In this document: piece by piece, positions 48,701-59,200 of the stretch
Layout of the letters: each line of letters starts with the position of its first letter
How positions within the stretch are numbered: position 1 is the first letter of the stretch
From: a virus
Strand: one strand, 5' to 3'
DNA length: 64,000 nucleotides
IMG/VR virus record: IMGVR_UViG_3300045988_087402
Notes under the pieces: model-generated
Database searches by the model: none
What the model saw: the letters and a program-made list of their open reading frames with translations, nothing else
What the model was told of the DNA's origin: nothing
Made by a program: the position numbers and the translations under genes

Positions 48701-51700
48701 TTGAAAATGATTTTTATGATACATTAGTTGATTTAGATAAAGCATTAAATAATGATAAATTTAAAAAGGCTTTTACTTTTAAAGTTTCTAATATAGATAT
48801 TATAAGTATAAGAGGTAGAGCTATAGAAGGAATTATTAATAATCTAACTAAATATGCAAATGATAGAATTAATGAAGATAATCAGAAATTATATGATAGA
48901 GTTTATAATGAATTAAATTCCATATATGCTCAATCTGTATATGACGGAGAAATTCTTTTAATAAAAGATTATTTATATGATATATTTTATATAAATCTTC
49001 CTGCTAAATCTGCTGAAATAAATAATCAATTTAATAGTGAATATTTAGATAAATTTATAGATAATTTAGCTAAATACATAGAACGTTATATTTCTATTGA
49101 TTTTACTAATGATAAATTTAAGTTTAAATATAATACAAATATTAATGAATTTATTAATACATTAGAGATATATTTTGATGAATTTGAAAGTCTATTAGCT
49201 AATAAGTTTTATACTCAATATACTCTTCAAGATTTTAGTGATTTAAATAATGAATTAGCAAATAAGTTTAATTCTTTTAAAGAACAATTATTAAAAGATT
49301 ATAATAAACAGCAAGAAGTTAGGAAAACTGAATTAGATAAAATTAGAGCTGAATTAGATACAGAAGAATCTGCAAATAAAGACTTTCTAAATGCTATAAT
49401 AGATTTTATATCTTTTAGTAAATCTACTGATTCAAATATAGAAGATAGAGAAAATATATCTAAAAATGATTATAGATATTATGTAACTCCTGATAGATTA
49501 AATGCATATATCACCTTAGCAAATGTTATATCTAAATGGAAAGTATCTAATTCTTTTAATCCTAATAGAAAACTTTCATATACGGATATTTTATCTATTA
49601 TATATAATACTCCGGAAGGTATTGAAAAAATAGATGATATTTATAAATCTTTATGGAGAGCTTTAAAAGCTGCTTCTGATATTGATTCTATAGAATCTCT
49701 AAAAGATGAAATAAAAGAGAATGTTCCTAAAGAAAATTATAAAGAATTTTTTAATATATTAGATACTATAGTAAATAATATAGTTCCTCCTATACGTTCT
49801 ATCGAAAGTAAATATCTTGATAAATTTGATAATATTACTTCTGCTTATATTAAAGATTTTAAGAAAACACATTTTCCAGAAAGAATCGAATATGGTACAC
49901 ATGAAGGTGTTCCTTTAAGTAATAATATAATATTCGATTCTCTTAAATCTGCTATGGATTCTAAATCTAATAAAATAGAACATTTAATAAAAATCGAAGA
50001 TAAAACTTATTCTCCTACCGAATTAATAAATATTTATAAAAATATTACAAATGGTACACCTATAGCTGCTAAATATGATATTGAATCTAATATTGTAACT
50101 CTTACTGTTACTATTAACGGAAATACTGTACCTATTGGTAGTATTGGATTATCCGACCACTTGAAAATCGGCAATTTAAAGGCATATAAAGAACTTAAAA
50201 ATTCCGGTGGAACACTTATATACGACAGTTTTTTGGGTACGTCAGATGGCTTAAAATCGACCTTAATAAGCCTATTACAAACGGTATCAAAAAGTCCCAC
50301 TACATACGACTTAATACGTGAATATTTTAAAACTTATTTAAATGCTAAGACAAATAATACTACGACAGATAGCCTTACTATTGATATACTTAAAGATATT
50401 ATAAGTAAATTAGATAAAATAGGTACACATAAAAATGCTGGAGGACATTCTAATATAGTTAACGCTCTTATACAACTTTCTAATTATAATACGGAGAGAG
50501 AAGATACAGATGAAATAAATTATGAAGATTTATTTACTATCATTCAACCTATGTTTTATGGTAGACTGAATATTATTGATTCTCTTAATAATAATTATTA
50601 TGATTTAAAAAATAGTTATGAAATATTTAATAGTCGTGTTGGAGAAAGATTTAATCAATTAGAAACTCTTAGAAAAGCTATAATTAATAATCCTGATGCA
50701 CCACTTATTATAACATATATAGGAAAACCTCGTATTAATTATAGTAATGATAGACGTATAAAAAATAATATAAATGATTCTATTCAAAAAGATATAGAAG
50801 TTAATGGAAAACCTACTGTAGATATTATAGCAAGACAATTAACAAATAATAGATATATTGTATCTTCATTAACCAGAAATGAAATAGTATCTGATGATGC
50901 TGCAAAGCGTACAATATATGACCCTAACAGAGGATTTGATTTTTATGTTAGAATAAAGTCGAATGGAACTGATACAGGTTTTAGTTATGTTCCTATTAAA
51001 CTTACTACTGTAAATTCTGATACTGCATATTCAAGAGTTAGTAAAGAATTTATTGAAGATGCTATTCGACAAATAATAACAGATAGGTTTCTAACTAATC
51101 TTTCTACAAGACAATCTAAAGATAATGTAATTGTTTCAGATTTAGTTAAGAAAGAATATAATAAAAAATATTTAAATCTTATTGATGATATAAGCGAAGC
51201 TATTATAGTTAATAATGGTGAAAAATCTAAGTTTCCTTGGTTTGATACAAGTACACTTTATGATAATAAAAAAGAAGGTTTTGTAAGTAAAGATATTAAA
51301 TTTATTATTAATAAGGACGATGAACATTCTTATGCTGTCTCTCTTAGAATTAATTATGAGCATGATATTGATGTAGATTCTCCGTCTATAATAAAGAATA
51401 TAAAACTTACAGTTTATGATAGTAGAGAAAATCGTATAAAAGGTACTCCAAAAGATATATTTACTCAGACAGAATTATCTAAATACGGATTTGCTAAAAG
51501 AGATAGTAAAATAAATAAATCGGATGTTATTACATATAGTAAATCAGATAAAAGTAAAACTATAACATTTGATGTTAATAATGATAATATAGAAAATTTT
51601 ATTAAAAGTGGACTTATAGATATGTTAGTTGGTAATATGGTTCGTAATGTAAAAACTGTATTAACAAATGGTTCATATACATATACTTCTAAAGCTACAG

Positions 51701-53292
51701 GAGCTTCATTTGGAAAATCATATAATGAAATAGATAAAAATAATATAATAAAAGGAGATAATAATTCTAAAGTATTTAAGGGAACTTATACATCTCCTAT
51801 TTTGGAGTGGGGTAAAGAAAAAGGTATATATAGTGGTAAAACTACTTTTGATTCTATACAAGATTTTTATCTTGATACAAAAGCATTAGTTACAAATATA
51901 ATACCTATTAGAGATAATGTTACAAATGAAGTTGTAACTGATTATAATCTTTTTAATGATTTACCGAGAATTTATGTAAAGATTGATAATCCTAATGCAG
52001 AAATTGAACAAACTAAACCTATAGAAACTATAAAAGAAGAAGAATTAAGTAAGAGTGTAAATATTATTGAAAATATTGCTTCTGCTAATGTATATTCTGA
52101 AGATAATTTTATTGATAAATTGAATAATGAATATGGTTTAACAAAAGATACTTTTATAAATATAGGATTTATTAAAAGAAATACTACAGATGAAGTATTT
52201 AATATAATTAAAGATTTTATTGTAGAAACTGTAGATTCTGGTAAACCATTTCCTTTAATTATAGTACATAATGTAGAAGATTATATTCGTATATTAAGAA
52301 GTCAAGGTTATATTGATGCATCTGATGATGAATTAACTAAAAATTATAATATGATGGGAGCTTCTTATAGCGGTTATACATCAACTCCTTTTATATTAGT
52401 TAATCCAAAAATATTTAATACTACTAAACGAAATATTGGTAGTGGTATATTTCATGAAATTATTCATCATAGAGTTGAAAAAGATACGGAAAATGATGTT
52501 ATAACTGATGATGTAAAAGAGGCTTTAAATGATATAGTTAAAGATTTAGTAGAACGTAAAGAAGAAGTATTACGATATGATATAGAAGATTCTATTAAAA
52601 ATAGTATATCAAAATCTTTAAAAGTAGCTTGTTATAATTCGGATGGAACTATAAATGAAGATGTTGCATATCACGAACTCTTAGCTTATACATTATCTAA
52701 TCCAAATTTAGCTGGTTATTTAAATAATATATATTATAAAGAAGAAACTAATAGACCGAGTGAATCTATTTGGAAAAGAATTATTGATAATCTTCTTAAA
52801 TTATTTGGTATAAAAGTTAATAATAATAGTGTACTTCAACAAATACAAAATGCTTTTGATGAAGGTTTTATGTTTATTGTTAATAGTGTAGAAGTTGAAA
52901 ATAATGAAAATGCTACAAGCAAACAAACTTCGGAACGCCCTCCCGCCCTTGTGGCCAATAAACAAGCGTCAATAGATGACATTGATGTTACAACTCTATC
53001 GGATGAAGAATTTATGAATAATGGCGATGAATTGTTTTTACGAATAGATTTCGCAATTTCTGATGAAACTACGAATGAAATTTCTGATGAAACTACGAAT
53101 GAAGCTATAGAGCCAAAAGATGACACTTCTATATTGGCCACAAGGGCGGGAGGGCGTTCCGCTGTTCTTCCGACTAATTCTATAAATTCTTCTGACAATC
53201 GAAATAAATTATTATCTTTAAATATTGATACTAATATTATTGATTCTTTTAAGGATTCTTTTACTGATAGTTCTAATTTAAAAATATGTTAA
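45763..53292 (+). CDS. Giant virion-associated protein (2509 aa) with a long central coiled coil and an HExxH motif (FHEIIHH) near the C-terminus. It contains two in-frame GC-element copies.
   Basis: Uninterrupted 7.5-kb ORF. Coiled-coil region about residues 560-900. The zincin-like HEIIH occurs at about 52450. Copies 6 and 7 encode SERPPALVAN and LATRAGGRSAV. Confidence 0.6.
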   Translation: MGNKIGTPVSLNPVTVEDKPSTVIGTPVKISNPTGGQSFMQGFMSTSPRNFDISSYQKMMNNVDTNLPLNILNEERARYQSTGHLIGNSLIQLGGTIIGDIISGVGALFNFNKVGIEFIKDIVDTNYQPDWTTIMNKGVSGAIQDFGKSISEGSREIAPIYLTERAQRGGLAGGMGDKTWWAANFPTIGSAATSMIPIMGQMRALNYIGKSLSKVGNVSKIGRGINTLGRTITNNKVQATIGTLYGAHLDIMQEIVYDYDNQFQYAKNLGYSDEEAREFASIYASTAYKDAWAYGILFNAIELNSILKGTNRFSKTISEVDKTINKHIPDISRQGTKFTGISEEVVDLSKKTIFRATLGKSYDFFKTSISEGLEEMRTDIALKEGELEAKKYLDIYDPLNDMTFAKRLYSQVSDARNWDSFLWGMAGGAVMYAGKGILNKIRMPDSYKDYNKKLYEGIMNSLQDTINTIATFDGDLSIRTSLEEDPAITILAPLFNTLGAANAIVYGERLLDELGTMTSEELTAVYGSDKTELINTLREEFKIAKDIYVRNADITYNSKADDYIQNEMAGLEYLHNYYTRKFNEIETEIQRIKTLNDDLDIKRDNELKELDGRLYKLNSDKESLLNSIKFNEANSNAIDKFVNSKETSEKLNDLKREKESLEKEIKSIKQTIKSNNTRNDNIRRNLDRLNSLLLNSETDTEKEQYKTELKHNKNKLRDNSKNIDNLYIKEQALSGIETSIAYLNGEIESQLKRKEFNTKAIERAKSTIDMIDAQIDKYKESRGDIIKRYEEIRKDYDSIPRVKNITLEDLTKLRDNIFKQLSNYGNIQDHKEEFANNLKTAVESIIDIETKELERKEYKIEEDKKNTESEIKEEDEFNNRPTSIKTVLNEGEYITLTIDDLNRIRSFIIKGKKYDLNKIYNIRGKDVEIINIKDDNGIIKVTTPEGDILAVIFNMLSSRDNSGYSKTIYNAIDRFTKSNFENDFYDTLVDLDKALNNDKFKKAFTFKVSNIDIISIRGRAIEGIINNLTKYANDRINEDNQKLYDRVYNELNSIYAQSVYDGEILLIKDYLYDIFYINLPAKSAEINNQFNSEYLDKFIDNLAKYIERYISIDFTNDKFKFKYNTNINEFINTLEIYFDEFESLLANKFYTQYTLQDFSDLNNELANKFNSFKEQLLKDYNKQQEVRKTELDKIRAELDTEESANKDFLNAIIDFISFSKSTDSNIEDRENISKNDYRYYVTPDRLNAYITLANVISKWKVSNSFNPNRKLSYTDILSIIYNTPEGIEKIDDIYKSLWRALKAASDIDSIESLKDEIKENVPKENYKEFFNILDTIVNNIVPPIRSIESKYLDKFDNITSAYIKDFKKTHFPERIEYGTHEGVPLSNNIIFDSLKSAMDSKSNKIEHLIKIEDKTYSPTELINIYKNITNGTPIAAKYDIESNIVTLTVTINGNTVPIGSIGLSDHLKIGNLKAYKELKNSGGTLIYDSFLGTSDGLKSTLISLLQTVSKSPTTYDLIREYFKTYLNAKTNNTTTDSLTIDILKDIISKLDKIGTHKNAGGHSNIVNALIQLSNYNTEREDTDEINYEDLFTIIQPMFYGRLNIIDSLNNNYYDLKNSYEIFNSRVGERFNQLETLRKAIINNPDAPLIITYIGKPRINYSNDRRIKNNINDSIQKDIEVNGKPTVDIIARQLTNNRYIVSSLTRNEIVSDDAAKRTIYDPNRGFDFYVRIKSNGTDTGFSYVPIKLTTVNSDTAYSRVSKEFIEDAIRQIITDRFLTNLSTRQSKDNVIVSDLVKKEYNKKYLNLIDDISEAIIVNNGEKSKFPWFDTSTLYDNKKEGFVSKDIKFIINKDDEHSYAVSLRINYEHDIDVDSPSIIKNIKLTVYDSRENRIKGTPKDIFTQTELSKYGFAKRDSKINKSDVITYSKSDKSKTITFDVNNDNIENFIKSGLIDMLVGNMVRNVKTVLTNGSYTYTSKATGASFGKSYNEIDKNNIIKGDNNSKVFKGTYTSPILEWGKEKGIYSGKTTFDSIQDFYLDTKALVTNIIPIRDNVTNEVVTDYNLFNDLPRIYVKIDNPNAEIEQTKPIETIKEEELSKSVNIIENIASANVYSEDNFIDKLNNEYGLTKDTFINIGFIKRNTTDEVFNIIKDFIVETVDSGKPFPLIIVHNVEDYIRILRSQGYIDASDDELTKNYNMMGASYSGYTSTPFILVNPKIFNTTKRNIGSGIFHEIIHHRVEKDTENDVITDDVKEALNDIVKDLVERKEEVLRYDIEDSIKNSISKSLKVACYNSDGTINEDVAYHELLAYTLSNPNLAGYLNNIYYKEETNRPSESIWKRIIDNLLKLFGIKVNNNSVLQQIQNAFDEGFMFIVNSVEVENNENATSKQTSERPPALVANKQASIDDIDVTTLSDEEFMNNGDELFLRIDFAISDETTNEISDETTNEAIEPKDDTSILATRAGGRSAVLPTNSINSSDNRNKLLSLNIDTNIIDSFKDSFTDSSNLKIC
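52931..52956 (-). repeat. GC-rich conserved element, copy 6 (reverse orientation), in-frame in the 2509-aa CDS
   Basis: Reads CGGAACGCCCTCCCGCCCTTGTGGCC. It forms an inverted pair with copy 7, 179 bp away. Confidence 0.85.
53057..53104 (+). repeat. Perfect 24-nt tandem duplication (ATTTCTGATGAAACTACGAATGAA)x2, encoding ISDETTNE x2, inside the segment bracketed by copies 6 and 7
   Basis: Direct reading. Confidence 0.8.
53136..53161 (+). repeat. GC-rich conserved element, copy 7 (forward orientation), in-frame in the 2509-aa CDS
   Basis: Reads GGCCACAAGGGCGGGAGGGCGTTCCG. Confidence 0.85.
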
Positions 53293-53295
53293 TCT

Positions 53296-56200
53296 ATGAA
53301 TTATTGTAATATTATTCCGACTATTGGAGAAAGTAATACACCTTCTCACGTATTTACTTCTGTATTAAATCTCGGTAATATTATTTCTACAGAAGATATA
53401 CTTTCTATGGATATTAAAGCTAAATCTATTAGAGATTTAGCTACTTTAATATTTAAATATTCTCAATCTGCAAATATAATAAATAAAGGTTTTCCTACTT
53501 ATGAAGATACAGGCGAAGTAAAACTTGAATATACACTTAAATATATAATTGATAATCCTAATATATCTAATAGTAGTGCTAAAAGGATATATCAAAAAAT
53601 GCTTGATTATTTAAAAGTAGATATTGAAACTTTATATAATCCTACTATAAAATATAATGGAACTTTTTCGAGAACTGATTTAAATTATAGTAATGCAGTT
53701 CTTGTACAAATATATAATGAACTTATTGAAGAAATTCCTAATCTTCGTACTAAAAGTCAAATTACATTAAAGAAACTAATTCTTAATAGACTTTTAGAGA
53801 AAATGGCTCCTTATCGAGCTAATGATAATACTTGGGAACAATTTGTTAATGATTATTTTGAAGATGTTCTTAAAGTAGATTCTATAATTTGGAATGAGTT
53901 TATTACTTATTTATCTACTGAATATGGAATTAAATATTATAATGTTCAAAAAGATTTAACTCTTTCTGATATAGAAGGTACTTTTACTACCGATGGAGTT
54001 GAGGAAATATGGGATGCTTCAAGTCAAGATAAAATAAATAGAAAAAATACTATAGCAGCTATTGTTAAAAATAAACTTGCTAAAATATTAAATGATGTTA
54101 ATCACGGAGATTCTACTGTTAATAAACTTTATATTCCACTTCCTATGGATATAAATAGTTTATGGAATAGGTTAATAAATCTTCATATTTATGATAAAAC
54201 TCGCGGAGATATTGTTGCGAGTTTAGAAAGAGTAATTCTTCAATTTAATGATACTGAGAAGTTTACTGATAAAAGTAATATAATTGGTTTTCAAAAAATT
54301 TTAGATGAATTTCATAAAGCAGATGAGGGAATTGTCGATTCTCAAAACTTTGTAAATGCTTATATAAGTGGTGTTGCTCTTGCTGTTATACCTGTTAATG
54401 CTATTGCATTAGACGTCGATTTTGTCGCCTCCATAATGACGCAAAATAGGGCTTCTTTTGCATTCAATGTTTACTATGATAGATTTATATCGGTCATTCA
54501 AAATAATTTAAAATTCGGGTTGTATGACCCCTTTAATGAGGCGTCAGAGCGTGCCACCGTTATAACCGACAATGGGATATTAAATATAGATAAAACATTA
54601 GATAGTATAACAAATGCTATAAATGTTATTGGATTAGATATTAGTCATAGAGCTTTATTATCTTATATAAATTCTCAATCCGATAAACAAGGTGCTCTTC
54701 AAGAAGTTTCTAATACTTTAAATTATATTTTAAAAGAGATAGATACTCTTAAAGGAAATAGGGATATAAATTACGAATCATCTACAGATAATAGAGGTGC
54801 TTTATATAGATTAGCTAATATTGCATCTTTAGATTTTGATTCTATTGGTAAATTGAGTTATTTAGATGTTCGAGGAGAACTTAATTATAGTCCTCAATAT
54901 GAAAATTTATTAACTTCTCTATTCAGAGGTATAGCTGTAAGAGGTAAAGTTCGTGAAGATTATCTTAATTATAGATTTAAAGATTATCTTAATGACCCTA
55001 CTTTAAAATTTGATAATCTACTTTGGTATGATGATGCTACTGGAATAGGCATATTTGAACATACGAAACGTGTCGACGGAGAAGGTTATAAATTAAATGA
55101 TTCTTTTGTAGATAGATTAGCTAAAGGTGAAGAATTTATTATTAGTAAATTTGATGGTATAAGAATTTCTGAAGATTATAGTAGTAGAGGATATAAATAT
55201 AAAAGTATTCAATCTACTACTTATAAATTTACAGAAATTCTTGCTAATCTTATGGGACAATATATCTTTTTAACTTCGGATAGTCCTCGTAGTTATATGA
55301 TTAGTGTAAGACATATAGATATTGATGATTTATATGTCAATGAAGTTATTAATATTAAATCTAAAATATTTACAGCTTTAAGTAAGATTGTAGATAATAA
55401 TTTACGAATATTTGAACTTTATGGTTCTCGTGTATTTAATATTGATTTGAATACTGATGAAGGTAAAGATTTAGCTACTTCTATTCATAATGTTAAATAT
55501 TGGAATGGTAAAACTATTTTTGATAAAGATGGTATTCCTACAGGTAGAGCTTTTAAATTTTTAGATTTAACATATAATGATGGAAATGGTTCTGTAAATA
55601 TTATAAAATATATAGCAAATGAAAATGGTGTTTCTGAATCAGATGTATATAAAGAACTTGTTAAATCTGTAGTCAATGGTGTTATTTCTAAATATGATGT
55701 ATCTTCATATATACCAGCTTTTGTAACTAAATATATACAATATGCTGAAAATAGTGCTGAATCTGATTTTGGAGATATAGCTGAATTAGTTAGTCGAGTA
55801 TCTATTAAATTAGGAGATACAAGATTATCTTTAATAGAAGATTCAAGAAATGATGCTATAGATGAATTATATAATGATTATATAGAAGATTATAAAAATC
55901 GTCATAAACAAGAACCTTCTTTTAAACAAAAAGAAGTTTTATATGAACGTTCAAAACGAGAAGTTTATGATACTAATACAGAAATTGGAAAAGAAGTTTA
56001 TAAAAAAGCTATTTTAAAAATTATATTAAATAATGCTGTATATGGTACTTCTTTTGATGGTCTTGTTTATGGCAAACTTAGTGAATATAAATCTACAATA
56101 GATTATAATAAACGTGGTACACAAATAGTTAAAACGGGTCTTAATTCTATAGATACAGGTAAACCTATAAAAATACTTGTTGTAGAAGATATGGAATTTG

Positions 56201-59200
56201 CATCAAATATTATTGATAAAATGTTTGTCGATAGTACAGATGTTACTGAATTAGCTATTAAAAAATCTTATGAAAAACCAGCTACTATAAATGATTCAAT
56301 GTCTATCATAACAGATGTTAGATTTGAAGATTTATTGAAATCTACAGGAAGATGGGATGAATATAAGAAAATAGTAGCTGATTTAAGAGATGAAACTGAA
56401 AAATTTAATCCTTTTTTATATGATAAACTTATAGAACAATTAAAATTATTTGGTGTAGCTCGTAGAAGAAGAGGTGATTTTCTTATTAAAGATACAGCTG
56501 TTTATGATGATTCTGGAAATATATTATCGGATATATTTGCAGATGAAGTAGATACTGTTCAGATAAAAGACTCTACAATAGTATTATTTAAATCTACAAC
56601 TCGTGGTACGGCAATGGGTGATGTATATGATTATATGATAGATAATGATATACAACAAATATCTCCTAAATCTGCTGTTAAAGTATCCGGTATAACACCT
56701 ATTAAAATACATGATGACAAAGGTAGATTTGTAGCTCCTATTGTAGATTCCAGAAGTCTTCTTAATATGAAGTCTTCTGATTTTGTTATACAGCAAGATG
56801 TAAAACCTGATATAATAGATGCTGAAGTTACTGTTCCTTCTCGATTATTTAAAAATATATTAGGAACTCTTTCAGCAAGTCATTATACTGTAGACGGTAA
56901 ATCTTATACTCCTTATGAATTTGCAAAAGAATTTAATACTATTGTTTCATCTACTATTCAAGAAGATGCTATAAGTGTTGCATACGAATTGGGAGCTATA
57001 GATGAAACCGGTAATATTCGTACAGATAATGTAGGTAATATACAACTTGATACAAGAAAACTTACAAAATATTTTCAAGATGTTGTTCAAGATGATAATT
57101 CAAGTATTAATATTAAAAAAGCTCTTGAATTAGATTCTGTTGGACAACCTAAAATGCCTTTATCTTTTCCTGTTACATATAGGAAATTTGAAAGAATATT
57201 GGCTTCTAAATTTACTAAAGATGTAATATATAGAAAACTTCCCGGATTTCATGCTCCTTTAAGAGCTGATATATTTACTGCATCTAATAGTTTAATTTCT
57301 CGTGAACAATACCTCGATAAAGATAGTTATGATAAAGCTATTGAAGATTTATATGAAAGGGGTATTATAACTTATTCAAGAGATTTTATAGATAGATGTA
57401 AAGCTGAAGGTAGAAGTCTTGAATTAAGAGCTGAATACGGTTATGATGAAAATGGTGAATTAATATATAAAGCAGAAGTTATAGCAAATCCTTGGTTAAA
57501 AGAGTTCTTTGATACCATACCTATTATAAGAAGAGTTGATATGGGCGATGGTGTATATAAAGAATTTTTAAGTGTTGATATAGATGCTATACCTATTGAA
57601 GCAAGAACTATGTTTGGAGGTAGGATACCTTCTGAAGGTTTAATGTCTCTTGTAGTTTTTGAAATAGTAGGATTTTTAAATACTGGTGCAACTCAAGCTA
57701 TATTTCCTCAAAGTCTTATTACACGAACAGGTTGGGACTTTGATATAGATACTATTTATGCTTATGCTAAACATATTAATTTTAATGGAGAATCATATAC
57801 TATTCCAAAATATGATAGTAAAATGATTTCTGAAATTAATGAAAATCTATCTAAATATTATGCTTTAAAAGATATATTAAAAGAAAGTCTTGAAATTATA
57901 AAAGTGACTAAGAGTGATACAGATACTTCACTTAATAGTCCAGCTTTTAAGATATTAACTAAATATTTTATTAAACTTTATTCTTCTGATAGTAATACAG
58001 ATGTTTCTTTAGATTCTATTATTCCGACTTTAGATAGTATTCTTGCTACTATATCTAATAAAGAAAGTATAGAATATAAGAATATTTTACGTATAAAAAC
58101 TTATGTTCAAGAATCTATACCTTCTATTGTATCAAGAGTTAAAGTTAATTTTACAAATCTTATTAATACAGCTCGTGAATATACAGAAGCTATAGAATAT
58201 TTAAAATATATTAAACAAAGAGATTTAACACAAGAAGAACGAATTGATTTAAATCCGGGAATAGATAATAATTATGTTCAAAATAAACGACGTATGTTTA
58301 ATGAACTTTTATTATCTATTGAAAGAGATATTAAAACTACTAATAAAATATTTAATAAAATTAAAACTTTAATTAATAGTATAGATATAACTTCTAAAGA
58401 TAGTGATAATATTATATCTATAAATGATTATTATACTGTTAAAGATTTTTTTGAACCTTTTATTAAAGGTAGTATTAAAAATGATAGTGGTAAAGTTATA
58501 AATATATTTTCTATATTTGATAATATAGAAGAAAAGATTAACAGACAATATACAGGTCTTAAAGAATCTAAAGGATATGATTTTGAAGATATAAGTGAAT
58601 CTGTTACTATAAGTCGTCAGGCTCGTGATAATAGAATTATAGATATGGTAATATCTGTATTATCTAATAAAAATCATAGAATTGATATTGATAAACCTAA
58701 TAGTTTTGATAATATATCTGCTGTTTCAGCAAGAGATAATGCTTTATGGGGTAAATCTAATAATGGATTAAATCCCCACAATTTAGCTGATAAAATATCT
58801 TTAAATATTAGTAGTATGTCATCTACTATATTAAAGGGATATTCTATTAATACAGATGGTAATATAGCTATATTAGGTAATCTTCATGCTAAACTTAATA
58901 ATCCTGTTAGAAGAATAATTTCTATAGATTCTTTACCTAATAATGTTACAAAAGAAGTATTAGATTCTGTATTAGGAAGTGATAATTGGAGTTACACAGA
59001 AGATGGAAGATATGTTATAGTAGAGGATGTATGGGTTGGTAATAATGCTTCTAATACTTTTACTGATTTATCTGGTGAAAGAATTAATATGCAACTTACT
59101 GAAGTAACAGCTGCTATTCTTGATGTATTAAAGTCTGAATTAATGTTCAATTTAAATCTCGATACCATTGGTGTATTTAGACTTTTATCACAAGGTTGTG

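Noticed and set aside
52836-53198. Minus-strand 120-aa ORF overlapping the C-terminus of the 2509-aa gene as a real gene
   Set aside because: It lies antisense within a clearly coding giant gene. I interpret its openness as a consequence of, and evidence for, the palindromic GC-element cassette and not as an independent gene. Other antisense ORFs (18484-18750, 18784-19092, 30652-30855, 31414-31923, 33660-33983, 44837-45034, 50034-50300, 55485-55676, 56584-56796, 62646-62852) were rejected likewise.
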